Assembly: GCF_036365525.1 (NCBI RefSeq)
Contig: NC_090404.1
Location: 3,968,001 to 4,032,000 of the forward strand
Direction: 5' to 3'
DNA length: 64,000 nt
Source: Heterodontus francisci
Taxonomy: Eukaryota
The position numbers and the translations under genes are program-made. Below the pieces are notes generated by a model. That model had not been told where the DNA came from and did not search any database. It saw only the letters and a program-made list of their open reading frames with translations. Below are positions 23,765 to 36,806 of this stretch, piece after piece; the stretch's first letter is position 1; every line of letters starts with the position of its first letter.

Positions 23765-24695
23765 TTTTGAAAGGAAGAAATGCTGGAAATACTCAGTAGG
23801 TCTGGCAGCATCTGTGGAGAAGAAGCAGACTGAATGTTCACTGGAACGGACAGAGATGTGAGCTTGAGAGCGGGGGGACCGTTGAAATGGCAAGCAACCG
23901 GAAGCTCGGGGTCATGCTTTCGGACTGGGCGGAGGTGTTCCGCAACGCGGTCACCCAGTTTGTGTTTGGTCTTTCCAATGTAAAGGAGACCACATTGTGA
24001 GCAGCGAATACAGTATACTACAGTGAAAGAAGTATGAGTAAATCGCTGATTCACCTGAAATGAGTGTTTGGGGCCTTGAATAGTGAGGAGAGAGGAGGTA
24101 AAGGGGCAGGTATTACACCTCCTGCGATTGCAGGGGAAGGTACCTTCGGAAAGGGACGAGGTGGAGTGGGTAATGGAGGAGTGGACCAGGGTGTCGCGGA
24201 GGGAATGATCCCTTCAGAATGCAGACATGGGAAGGGAGGGGAAGATGCATTTGGTAGTGGCATCACGCTGGACGTGGCATAAATGGCGCTGGATGATCCC
24301 TTGAAATATGGAGACTGATGGGGTGGAAAATGAGGACAAGGGGAACCCTGTCGCGGTTCTGAGAGGGGGGGAAGGAGTGAGGGTAGAGGTGCGGGAAATG
24401 GGCCGGACATGGTTGAGGGTCCTGTCAACCACAGGGGGGGGAAATTCTTGGTTGAGGAAAAGGGGAAGTCATATCAGAAGCGCTGTCATGGAAGGTAGCA
24501 TCATCAGAGCAGATCCATCGGAGACAGAGAAAGTGGGAGAATGGAATGGAGTCCTTACAGGAGGCTGGGTGTGATGAAGTGGAGTCAAGGTGGCTGCGGG
24601 AGTCGGTGGGCTTATAATGGATATTAGCAGACAGCCTATCCCCAAAGATGGAAACAGAGAAGTAGAGGAAGGGAAGGGCAGTGTCGGAGATGGAC
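23765..24695 (-). mobile_element. Penelope-like retroelement fragment (GIY-YIG)
   Basis: VVYCIRCSQCGLLYIGKTKHKLGDRVAEH. Confidence 0.85.
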
Positions 24696-25464
24696 GGTTT
24701 CCAATGATATTTCCTGAATCTGTAACTCTGCAATGCAGGAGAATCTCTGACGGAGCAGAAATACAAATCCCACTCCCCCTCCACTGCTGATCCAACCAAT
24801 GACAAGAATGGACCCGCGGCAGCACTCCCTCCAATAACACAATCGGGTCAGAGCAAGAGCAGCAAACGGAAGTTGTGGGCGAGGATGCCGCAGACTCAAA
24901 ATGTGAGTGAAGTGTGAGGCGACACTCTGCTGCACTCGGAACTGATTGAGTGGGAATAGTGTCTGTCGAATCTCCAGAATTCTGTGGCTATTCACCACCT
25001 GCTTGCTGTTCAGTTGACTGGGAAATTTAGAGTGGAAGGAGAATGAAGGTACCAGAATAATAGAATCTGAGAGCACAGAGTGAGGCCATTCGGCCTATAC
25101 TCCCGATGCCTCTTTGGAAGAGTTCACTAATTCATACTTCACCCCCTACATTTTTCACATTGTCCTGTTTTGTTGTTCATTTTCAAGTATATACAGACTT
25201 CCCTTTCGAAAATTACTGTTCAATCTGCTTCCACCACCCTTTCAAGCAGTACATTCCAAATCTTAACAAATCACCGTGTATTAAATATAACTCAATTTTC
25301 CCTGTCATTTTTCAACAACTCTTTTAAATTGGAGTCCTTGGGATACACAATTTTATGCCAGTGGAAACAGTTACGTGCAATCTACTCTATACTGATAGAT
25401 GGAGAACAACCCCAGCTTTCTCTCGTCCCTCTGCATAAAAGTTCATCATTTTACTTATTCTTTA

Positions 25465-26550
25465 ATCGGAGGTGGGTATCTTTGTTGAGGTCAGTATTTA
25501 ATACCTGTCTCTACTTGCCTTTGATAAGGTGGTGGTGAGCTCCCTTCTTGAACTACCGCAGTCCTGGGGGTGCAGGTTCACCCACAGTGCTATTAGGAAG
25601 GGAGCTCCAGGATTTTGACCCAGCAACAGTGAAGGAACGGCGCTTTAGTTTCAAGTCAGGATGGTGTGTGGTTTGGAGGGGAACGTGCAGCTGTTGGCGT
25701 TCCTATGTATCTACCGTCCTTGTCCTTCTAGGTGTTAGAGATCACGGGAATGGAAGGTACTGTCCAAGGCGTCTTGGTGCGTTGCTGCAGTGCATCTTGG
25801 AGATGGTAAACACTGCTGCTACTGTGTGTGGGTGGTGGAGTGAGTGAATGCTGAAAGTTGTGGATGTGATGCCGATCAAGCGGGCTGCATTCTCCTGGAT
25901 GGTGTAGAGCTTCCTGACTGTTGTTGGAGCTGCACGAATACAGGCAAATGGAGGGTATTCCATCACACTCCTGACTTATGCATGTAGGTGGAGGGTAGGC
26001 TTTGTGGAGACAGTAAGTTAGTTACTCGCCGCAGAATTCCTCGCCTCTGACCTGCTCTAGTAGCCATAGCACTTTTATGGCTGGTCCAATTCAGTTTCTG
26101 GTCAATGATAACCTGCAGAATTAGGTACGTGGGGGATTCAGCAATGGCAATGGTATTGTACATCAAGGGAAGATGGTTCGATTCTCTTTTGTTTGAGATG
26201 GTCATTGCCTGGCACCTGCGTTGTGTGAAGTTTACCTGCCACTTATCAGCCCAAGCCTGGATGTTGTCCAGGTCTTGCTGCATCTGGATACGGACTGCCA
26301 CGAATGGTGCTGAACATTGTGCAATCCTCAGCGACTATACCAATTCTGACCTTATTATTGAAGGAAGGTCATTGACGAAGCAGCTGAGGATGGTCTTTCC
26401 TAGGACACTACCCTGAGGAACTCATGCAGTGATGTCCTGGGACTGAGATGATTGACCTCCAACAACCACAACCATCTTCATTTGTCCAGGTATGACTCCA
26501 ACCAGCGAAAATGTTCCCCCTTGATTCTCATGGGCACCCGTTTTGCTCAG
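25465..26550 (-). mobile_element. CR1/L2-clade LINE 3' fragment
   Basis: QQDLDNIQAWADKWQVNF; same family as 1-1187. Confidence 0.8.
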
Positions 26551-27199
26551 GCTCCTTGATGTTATACTCCTGCTACCATTTTGGTATACTTCCTCCGCAC
26601 TCGCTTCAATGTCTTGAGATTCTTTTTCAATAGTGGGGACAGCTGTTAAGCTAACAGGCATATAATTTCCTGCTGTCTGTCACAACACTTTTTGCGAGTT
26701 TTCAATCCTCTCGGAGGTTTCCAGAATCTGGGGTATTTTGGGAGATTGCAACCAATACATCCACCATCTCTACAGCGACTTCTTTTCAAGGGAGATGGAA
26801 TGGAGCAAGGTGAGGGGATCTCTCGGCTGGTGTTCAGTGAGTTCAGGAAGATGGTATCAGAGGGAATGGAGCAGGGAGAGAAGATTCCTGGGGTGATCTT
26901 CAGTGAGTCCAAGGAGATGGTGTAAGAGGGAATAGAGCAGAACAAAGAGGAAGTTCATCAGAGGCGGAGGGGGGGGGGGGTGGGGGGGGGGGGTGGGGGT
27001 GGGGGGGGGGGCTGGGGCGGGGGCGGGGTGGCAGCGGAGGGCAAATAACGAGGTATAGTAGAAATGATGGAGGCAGTGATTCAACATGTGCATAACAGAA
27101 AAGTGGACACTGTGTGTATCTGACAGAACAGGTGGACAGTGTGGTTTGTGTATATAACAGTAAATTTGAAGTTAGAGTCTATGTGTCAGAGAGGCCTCA

Positions 27200-30100
27200 G
27201 AATCGGGGCTCATTTCTAACGTATGTCCTCCCTCTTGTGTCTACCAGATCCCAGGCTCTGGGAGTCATCCCAGCAATTAAATTCATTAAAATTCATTGAA
27301 ACCCTAATTAACTAATTAATTAATAAATAGAGGAGCAACTAACCCGGAGGGAGGAGATTACTGCATTTAATATTTATAGTAGAAATCTTGCGCGAGGGAC
27401 CATATAGTTAATTGTAACTTTATTTAGTAAGGATTTAATAAGTATTTCTTTTAAATTAATTTATTAATTCGTGCTAGAAATGTCTGTTAAGAGGGGTAAA
27501 GTGCTTCACCTGTGAGATGTGGGAGGTCCGTGACACTTCCAGCATTGCGGACAACGTCATCTGCAAGAAGTGTACCCAATTGCAGCTCGTCACAGACCGC
27601 ATGGATCGGTTGGAGCAGCAATTGGATGCGCTTAGGAGCATGCAGGTGGTGGAAAGCATCATAGACAGGTGTTTTGGAGGCATGGGTACACCCAAGGTGC
27701 AGGCAGATGGATGGGTGACCGCTAGAAGGGGCAGGCAGTTAGTGCAGGAATCCACTGTGGCTGTCCACCTCTCTAATAAGTATACCATTTTCGATACTGT
27801 TGGGAGGGATGGCCTATCTGGGGAAAACAACAGCAGCAGCCACAGCAGTGGCACCACGGCTGGTTCTGTTGTTCAACAGGGAGAGACAAAGCGCAGAAGA
27901 GCATTAGTTCTTGGGTACTCTATGGACAGGGGCACAGATAGGCGCTTCTGAGGTCGTGAAAGAGACTCTCGGATCGTATACTGCCTTCCTGGTGCCAGGG
28001 TCAAGGATGTCTCTGAACGGGCAAGGGGCATTCTGAAGCTGTGGGTGAACAGCCAGAGTTTGTGGTACACATAGGTACCAACGACATAGGCAGGAAGAGT
28101 GACGGGGTTCTGCAGGAGGAATTCCGGGAGTTGGGTAGTAAGTTACAAAACAGGACATCTAGGGTTGTAATCTCAGGATTACTCCCTGTGCCACGTGCCA
28201 GTGAGGCGAGAAATAAGAAGATAGTGCAGCTGAACACGTGGCTAAACAGCTGGTGTAGGAGGGAGGGTTTCAGAGATCTGGATCATTGGGATCCCTTCCG
28301 GGGCAGGTGGGACCTGTACAAGAAGGACGGGTTGCATCTAAACTGGAGGGGCACAAATGTCCTGGCCGCAACTTTTGCAAGCGTCACTCGGGAGGGTTTA
28401 AACTAGTGTGGCAGGGGGGTGGGAACAAGAGCAGTTGGTCAGCAGGTGAAACAACTGAGGGGGAACTAGTAAATAAGGCCAGTAAGACTGAGAGGAAGAG
28501 CAGGCAGGGAGATGTTGCTGAGCACAGCGGGACTGGTGGTCTGAAGTGCATTTGTTTCAATGCGAGAAGTATAACAGGTAAGGCAGATGAAATTAAAGCT
28601 TGGATTAGTACTTGATGTTGTTGCTATTACAGAGATTTGGTTGAGGGAAGGGCAGGATTGGCAGCTAAATGTTCCAGGATTTAGAAGCTTCAGGCGGGAT
28701 AGAGGGGGGTGTAAAAGGGGTGGGGGAGTTGCATTACTGGTTAAGGAGAATATCACAGCTGTACTGCGGGAGGATACCTCGGAAATCTCATGCAGCGAGG
28801 CAATATGTAGTGCTCAGGAATAGGACGGGTGCAGTCACAATGTAGGGGGTTTAATACAGGCCTCCCAACAGCCAGCGGTGGAGAGAGAAGCATATATGTG
28901 GATAGATTTTGGAAAGATGTAAAAGCAACATGGTTGTTGTGAGCGGTAATTTTAACTTAACCTATATTGACTGTGACTCAATTAGTGCAAGGCGCTTGGA
29001 TGGGGCAGAATTTTGGAGGAGCATCCAGGGGGGCTTCTTGAAACAATGTGTTGATTGTCCAACGAGAGAAGGGGCCGTACCGTACCTGGTATTGGGGAAT
29101 GAGCCCAGCCAGGTGGTCGATGTTTCTGCAAGGGAGCATTTCTGGAACGGTAGCCATAATTCAGTAAGTTTTAAGGTACTTGTGGATAAGGATAAAAGTA
29201 GTCCTCCGGTGAAGGTGCTAAATTGGAGGAAGGCTAATTATAACAATAATAGGCAGGAACTGAAGCATTTAGATTGGGGGCGGCTGTCTGAGGGTCAATC
29301 AACATCTGACATGTGGGAGTCTTTCAAACGTCAGTTGGTTAGAATCCAGGACCGGCATGTTCCTGTGAGGATGAAAGATAAGTTTGGCAAGTTTCGGGTA
29401 CCTTGGATAACGAGGGATATTGTGAGCTTACTGAAAAAGTAAAAGGAAGCATTCGTAAGGGCGAGAAGGATGGGAACATACGAAGCCCTTGAGGAATATA
29501 ACGAAAGTAGAAAGCAACTTAAGCAAGGAATCAGGAGGGTTAAAAGCGGTCATGAAAAGTCTTTGACAAACAGGATTAAGGAGAATCCCACGGCTTTATA
29601 TCCGTATATAAAGAACAAGAGGTTAGCCAGGGTAAGGGTTGGCCCACTCAAGGACAGAGGAGGGAATCTATGCGTGGAGCCTGAGGAAGTGTGCGAGGTA
29701 CTAAATGAGTACTTTGTATCAGTATTCACCCAAGAGAAGGACTTGGTGGATGATGAGTCCGGGGAAGGGAGTGTAGATAGTCTGGGATATGTCGATATCA
29801 AAAAGGAGGAGGTGTTGGGCGTCTTGAAAAACATTAAGATAAAGATGTCCCCAGGGCCTGATGGGATCTACCCCAGAATACTGAGGGAGGCAAGGGAGGA
29901 AATTGCTGGAGCCTTGAAAGAAATCTTTGTATCCTCATTGGCTACAGGTGAGGTCCCAGAGGACAGGAGAATAGCCAATGTTGTTCCTTTGTTTAAGAAG
30001 GGTGGTAAGGATAATCCAGGAAATTGGAGGCCGGTGAGCCTTACGTCAGTGGTAGGGAAATTATAAGAGAAGATTCTTCGGGACCGAATTTATTCCCATT

Positions 30101-31345
30101 TGGCAACAAATGGACTTATTAGCGAGAGGCAGCATGGTTTTGTGAAAGAGAGGTCGTGTCTCACTAACTTGATCGTGTTGTTTGAGGAAGTGATGAAGAT
30201 GATTGATGAAGGAAGGGCAGTGGAAGTTGTCTACATGGACTTCAGTAAAGCCTTTGACAAAGTCCTTCATAGCAGATTGGTACAAAAGGTGAAGTTACAT
30301 GGGATCAGAGGTGAGCTGGCAAGATGGATGCAGAACTGGCTCGGTCATAGAAGACAGAGTGTAGCAGTGGAAGGGTGTTTTTCTGAATGGAGGACTGTGA
30401 CTAATTGTGTTTTGCAGGGATCAGTGCTGGGACCTTTGCTGTTTTCAGTATATGTAAATGATTTGGAGGGAAATGTAGCTGGTCTGATGAGTAAGTTTCC
30501 GGATGACACAAAGGTTGGTGGAGTTGAGGATAGTGATGAGGATTGTCAGAGGTTACAGCAGGATATAGATCAGTTGGAGACATAGGCAGAGAAATGGCAG
30601 TTGGAGTTTAATCCAGACAAATGTGAGGTAATGCATTTTGGAAGGTCCAATACAAGTGGGAAGTATCCAGTAATAGCAGAACCCTTAGGAGTATTGACAG
30701 GCAGAGAGATCTGGGCGTACAGGTCCAAAGATCACTGAAAGTGGCAACGCAGGTGGATAAGGTAGTCAAGAAGGCAGATGGCATGCTTGCCTTCATCGGT
30801 TGGGGCATAGAGTATAAGAATTGGCAAGTTGTGCTGCAGCTGCACAGACCCTCAGTTAGGCCACACTTGGAATATTGCATACAATTCTAGTCGCCATACC
30901 ACCAGAAGTATGTGGAGGCTTTGGAGAGGGTACAGAAGAGGTTTACCAGGATGTGGCCTGGTCAGGAGGGTATTAGCTACCAGGAGAGGTTGGATAAACT
31001 CGAATTGTTTTCACTGGAACGACGGAGGTGGAGGGGTGAAATGATAGAGGTTTACAAAGTTATGAGTTGCATGGACAGAGTGCTTAGTCGGAAGGTTTTT
31101 CCCAGGGTGGAAGAGTCAGTTACTAGACGACATAGCTTTAAGGTATGAGGGGCAAAGTTTAAAGGGGATGTGCGAGGCAAGCTCTTTACACAGAGGGTGG
31201 TGAGTGCCTGGAACCTGCTGCCGGGGGAGGTGGTGGAAGCAGGTACGATAGCGATGTTTAAGAGGCATCTTGACAAATGCACGAATAGGATGGGAATAGA
31301 GGGATACGGTCCCCGGATGTGCAAAAGGTTTTAGTTTTGACAGGC
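27200..31345 (+). mobile_element. Near full-length, decayed CR1 LINE (ORF1 zinc-finger/SGNH esterase; ORF2 APE endonuclease + RT)
   Basis: ICKKC, VVHIGTNDIG, DGLHLN; CFNARSI, RGGGVALL, SPGPDGIYPR, DFSKAFDKV, QGSVLGP, DDTK; many stops and frameshifts. Confidence 0.92.
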
Positions 31346-32562
31346 ATTATTCATTTTTCTTTGAATTGTGCCTCCTTCTTTGTCTAATAGGCTTCAGGAT
31401 TAGGAAGTCATTCCCAGGGGTTGTCCTCTCTGATGTATTCAATAGTTCCTTGAATGTGGGCTCCCTGTTGTGGCAGATTGACCCCAGGCTCTTGGAATAA
31501 TTCGCAGCATTTATTCTTAATGGTCTATCGTTCCAGATATTCATTAGTCTTGAGGAATCATTCCCAGGGTTTAATGTCTCTCGTGTCTGTGTTATATTTT
31601 TAACCTGGTCTGTGCCTGCCCTGGGAGCGTTTGCTGGTGCAGTGTAGAGGGAGCTTTACTGTGTATCTAACCCGGGCTGTGCCTGTCCTGAGAGTGTGTT
31701 TTGCGGCAGTGTGAAGGGAGCTGTCCTCTGCATTATCCCGTGCACTACCGATCCTGGGAATTTTTGATGGACATTATTCTTTCATATACTATACTGTATC
31801 AGCCTATGATGGAGCAGGACGCTGCTCCTTAATGCAACGTGGCACCTGCCTGTGACAGACTATAAGATGGGAGGTGCTCCTCTTCGCTGTGCGGCCATTC
31901 TGTGCCCGGGCATTGGCATTTTGAGGCAGAAGGAAAGGTGTCTTTATTCTGATGGGCCACTGGATGGCGCAACAGCACCATCACCGAAAGACTTTTGGTT
32001 CAAACACAAACCAGACAGGACTGGTGGAAAATAGCTGTCAGGAAAAGGAAAAATGTGTAATCGGTAAAATGGAGTGTGTGAATGGGCCTTGGAGCAAGGA
32101 ATTCAGCAAAGTCAAGTTAGTCCATTTGTTACTCAAGATTTATTAACAATTTCAAAAAAAACATTTTACAGAAACATTTTTAAAGGGTCCAAAGTGAATT
32201 TAGCACCTGTGAGTCACATTGAGGACAAAACACATGCGATCTGAGCTGTAGACTACTTCTAAAATTGTTGCAGATTAGAGAGAAAACAGGGGCTCAACAT
32301 AAAGAGAAGGAAACAGTTGCGAATAAGGAATAGTTATTTATTTACAGATGAAATTCAAACTATTGTGAAACTCGAAGGCGCATAGATATTATAGGTAAGA
32401 TTATCTGACACAATTCAAAGAGAAAAACGGAAACAATGTTTATGATCTTCTCAGCTACAGATTCTGAACCATAAACTGACGGCAATTTACTTTTACAGTT
32501 TGTTTGATAATACAGAGATGTTAAAAAATAAGGAAAATCCAGGGCGGCCAAAATTCGATCGA

Positions 32563-32571
32563 TCACTTAAC
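32563..32571 (-). CDS. IGHM: IgM TM2 exon (VK*)
   Basis: ttttacag|GTT AAG TGA completes the KVK cytoplasmic tail; AATAAA at 32337-32342 downstream. Confidence 0.9.
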   Translation of the reverse strand, partial: VK

Positions 32572-32703
32572 CTGTAAAATAGGGATAAAAGAATGAAGCA
32601 GAGATTTCGTGGTCTTGGACATTCATCTCAGAACTATGAAATTTTAGAGATTTGTTAAACCGCTTCATTTAATTTGAAATGTGAGTGGATTGAATATTCT
32701 CAC

Positions 32704-32831
32704 CTTCACCAGAGTGACGGCAGCGCTGTAGAAAATGCTCAGGAAGAACAGGATGATGAATGTTGAAGCGGTTGTCCAGATGTTGCCGCTCTCTTCCTCA
32801 TTGTCTTCAATCCAGATGTGGCCTGAGTAAT
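32704..32831 (-). CDS. IGHM: IgM TM1 exon ([43 protein letters not shown])
   Basis: Acidic spacer plus the conserved TASTF..LF.LS..YS...TL transmembrane motif; AAG|gtgag donor; absent from the ORF track. Confidence 0.93.
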
Positions 32832-33349
32832 CTTCGGGTTTTTAGAGGAGAAATATATTTAGATCGTTCATTAATCCAGGATATAAGATTGTCAATTTGC
32901 ACTCGCAGAGTTCTTCCTTAAGCCATTATTTTGCTCTCTAATTTAATTTTCAGTTTGTATCCATTGTGAAGTTAATCACTCTCAGCAATCTACCTCTGTT
33001 ACTAACCCCACAGCCATTCTTCCCATATGATCCTCGTCCAGGCCCTGTTGGAAAATATGATATTTCTTTCTTCAGGGTCAGGCGCTATTCTAGTCTGGAT
33101 CAATCTTGTTCTATCATTCGGGATATCGATGGAATTTTACTGATCAATATCGATAGTTTTGAGATTTTCATTGGTGCTGGGTAAGAGATTGGATGCGAGT
33201 TCTAATCTTGTTTATTTGTGATGGAAGTTGTTGGTCAATCATTAACTGACCTCAGTTTCTAAGTGAAAACTTTGCTTCACTGTGTTTGTAGGTCCAACAT
33301 GTATGAGGGAATATGTTGGAGAAGGTGCCCATTCAAACAGTGCATTTGA

Positions 33350-34320
33350 ATGCTACTTTCACATATAGCCTGGTGCTTTTGTTTGTACGCTTTAATACAT
33401 GTGTATGTGTGCATAAGTATCTGTTACTTTGCATCACTCAGTGCGTGTCCATGGCTTGTGTGTGTGAGATTTAATGTATGTTTCAATGCGTTCCTTTGTG
33501 CACCCGCCTGTGAATGTATCAATGTGCGTATTTATAACTTGATGCCCATGTGTTGTGTCCCTGTATGTTAGTATGTGCTTATGTGCCAATGTGTATCAAT
33601 GTGTGTTTTCAAGTGGCCGCGTGTGTGTGTATGTGCATGTGCGTGTGTATAAAATATATCATCCTTAATGTTTTGTCTTCATTCATCCATGTGTGTGCAT
33701 GAGCATGATAATGTTTGTTTTTGTGTGTGGTTTGGTCCCCATGCGTGCTTTATGTTGTGAGCTTTTGTGTTGACAGATGTCTTTATGTTTTCCTGTGTGT
33801 CAATGTGTGTTTATGTTTCCATGTGTGCGTATGAGTTTGTTAATGTTTGTTTTTGTGTGCTTCTGTCCCCATAAGTGTGATAATGCTTCTGCTTTTGTGT
33901 TGATGTCTACGTTTATGCATTAATATGTGTGATTATGTGTACATGTGTGCTAATGTGTGTGTTATGTGCATGTTTTTGCATCCATGTACGTGTCATAATG
34001 TTAATGTTGGTGTCTATTTGTGTGTGAGTGATCGTGTTAATGTGTCTGTTTAAATGTTTGTGTGCAGATGTGTTAGTCTGTTAATGTGTGAGTATGTTTC
34101 CATCTAGCTGTGTTTATGTCAATGATTATGAAAGCTTTTCCGTCTATGTTTCTGTGTTTGTGAGACTGTACTAATGTGTACATTTATGTTTATTTTTGCG
34201 TGGGTGACTTTGAAGTGTTTATATCTGCGTTTGAGTCTGTTTGTGTGTGTAGGTGTAATTGTGTGGTTGTGCATTTGAGTGTGTTTATGTGTGTGTTTTT
34301 GTCTGTGTGCCTGCGCATCT
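33350..34320. repeat. Degenerate TG-rich tract in Cmu4-TM1 intron
   Basis: Interrupted (TG)n over ~1 kb. Confidence 0.8.
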
Positions 34321-34489
34321 TTATTCTTGTTCAAAGTTTTACAGAGAATAAATAACCGGGTCTGACCCTGACGGTGTGCATTATGGAGAATATTCTTCAC
34401 TGTTCTTTGTATAAATGTATTCTGTGCGAGATGTCATCTGACATCATCTGAATGACTGCAACAATGTAACTGATGGATAAAAACTGAAG

Positions 34490-34690
34490 TTATGGAAATG
34501 CTCAGCAGGTCAGACAGCAGCTGTGGACAGAGAAGCAGAATTAACGTTTCAGGTCGGTGCCCTTTTCACACACCTGAAATGTTAACCCTGCTTCTCTCTC
34601 CACAGATGCTGCCTGACCTGCTGAGTATTTAAGCATCTTCTGTTTTTATTTCAGATTTCCCCTATCTGCAATATTTTGCTTTTATTTCCA
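34490..34690. mobile_element. Penelope-derived inverted-repeat element
   Basis: ~60-bp arms (34496-34555 / 34572-34630) forming a hairpin; related copies at 3900, 50452, 52250, 53690 and 63245. Confidence 0.7.
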
Positions 34691-35589
34691 TGAAACTGAT
34701 GGGCCTCAGAAACATCAGGAACAGGAGACGATTAAATCTTCAGCTAGGTTTAGATGATTATGTTATTAGAATTTAACAGGGAAACCGTGAACGATATTAC
34801 GTTACATAAATATATATTTTACAATGTGATTCCCATGTGGAAAGTTTAAAATCTTCGCACACTGCGCTCGAAGCCGACTTTGTACTGATGGCATTTGAGT
34901 CCATTTAATAGAGAGCAGGGGGAGTGGGAGTATAAGGTTTACAAATGTCCTTGCCCCTTTTTCTGTTGGAGGAAACGTGGCGAGGAGCTACAGTCAGTTC
35001 ACAATTCTCTTTACCGTCTGTCTGTTGCAGAAGTACCGTTGCAGTGGATTCACAAGTACCCTTTCCTCTTCTCTGTTTGGAAAGTGGGGTACAGTGTTAT
35101 AGTAAATTCCTCTTCCCCCTCTTTCTGATGGGGGATTTTGGGAGGACTTCACATTCGTGTGTGGCCATCACTTCAGTTCCCAGTGCGCATGATGCTTCAA
35201 CTAAAAACTGACCCTATTCTGAAGGGATGGCCAACATGAGAAGCAGGTACACCGAGATCTAAATGCACTGCGTATTTTTGTTGGTAAGGAGAAATGTCCA
35301 GATTCCCCATCTCCTCCTCCCCGGCCCCCCACCCCTGTCCCCCTCTAATGCTCCCCACCGCCTCCGCCTCCTCCAACGGGAGGAAAGTTACTGAAATTCT
35401 TCCACAGAATCCAATAATGAATCAGGTTTACTCTGTGAATTAATATGTGCTGGAAACATTGGTTGTACAAGACTTGGGCCCGAGACCTGCAAATATCATG
35501 CTTTGATGAAAAGACCTACACTTAGCAAATGTGGGAAGCACAATTAATTGAGCTGTTGTGTATTTAAATCGCGATTGGAAGAAAAGGTC

Positions 35590-35607
35590 TTTATTGTGTT
35601 TTTTATT
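35590..35607 (-). terminator. Secretory-form polyadenylation signals (two AATAAA)
   Basis: AATAAA at 35602-35607 and 35590-35595, 30-45 nt after the stop. Confidence 0.75.
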
Positions 35608-35635
35608 TAAGAATTGAAATGCAATCGAGAAATTC

Positions 35636-36030
35636 TCATTGACATGAATTAACGGTGTCCAACAGTGCAAGGGAAATGTTCACAAAACTCGGTTTACCGC
35701 TGGATTTATTAACTGTTCTGTTGATGATCTTCAAGGGGATTGCTTCATGTCCCACCACACAGGAGTAAGAAGCGCCGCTGGCCCACTCCTCCGCTGCAAT
35801 GGATAACAGGCTGTAGATGAAGAAGGAGCTCTTGTCGTTCTCCGCCATCACCTCGGTGTTCTTGTAGTTGCCAGGATTCACCGACTTGTCATTGACGGTC
35901 CACTTGACGAAGATCTCTCGGGGGGAGAAACCTCTCACTAAGCAGGTGAGGGAGAGGAACCTCTCAGCGGAGACTTCTTCTGCTGGGGGCAGGAGAACAG
36001 ACACAGACGGTTCCCGCAGATCTTTCCATG
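35636..36030 (-). CDS. IGHM: IgM Cmu4 plus secretory tailpiece ([20 protein letters not shown])
   Basis: [17 protein letters not shown]...YSCVVGHEA; tailpiece with NIS sequon and penultimate Cys; internal donor G|gtaaac at 35698/35697 for the membrane form. Confidence 0.95.
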
Positions 36031-36500
36031 CTGAAAAATTAAAATAAATGTCAATAAACTAGACAATTTCAGAGACAATGACACCGGTGGTTAAATGTGA
36101 GAGAAATTGTGAAGGTTTCCCTTTTCCTCTCTGGGGCCTGTGCTGTTTTCCAGCTGGCGCAGAGGCGCTGCAATCCTGCTCGCCGAGAACATAAAGGATT
36201 AGACTGGAAAATTACATAGAACTTGCAGCACAGGAGCAGGCCATTAGGACGAGCTAGCCTATGCTGGTGTTTATGCTGCACACGGACCTCCTCCCACCTT
36301 ACTTCAGCTCTTTCTATTCCTTTCTCCATAATCCACGTATCCAGCATCGCCTGAAATGCATCACCTCTGGTCCCAGGGAGGTTCATTAGTGAATTACAAT
36401 TAAATTATCAGCGTAATCCATTCAACCACTTAGTTGGGCCTTGCACAAACACCGGCAAGAAGCACAACCTCTGACTTATTGCTTCAATCACATTGCTCAC

Positions 36501-36806
36501 CTTCCTTGTGGATGGAATCTCTGAGAGGAGTCGGCAGATCCTGATGGCTCACCACACAGTAGAACACAGCCTCACTCAGCCAGGCTTGTGTCGAGATGTC
36601 TACGGTGCTGATCACGCTGTCGGGATCCTCTCCGGGTTGGACGGCAATCTCTGATTTCAAAGGCTTCTGTTCTTGTGTCCAGGACACGTTGACACCATAA
36701 GGAGCATTAGACACGACGCAGGTTAAGGTGACCGTGGCCTCCAGTAAGACCTGTTCTATTGATGGTGGCAGTAGTTTAATTACTGGATGATTGCACTCGG
36801 AAGAAT
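36501..36806 (-). CDS. IGHM: IgM constant exon Cmu3
   Basis: [16 protein letters not shown]...LTCVVSN...[13 protein letters not shown]; 306 nt, phase 1. Confidence 0.95.

Noticed and set aside
1-25000. NAR-TCR V-D-J cassette or TCR D/J/C segments
   Set aside because: I found no NAR-type V, FGxG J with 12-RSS, or TCR constant exon.
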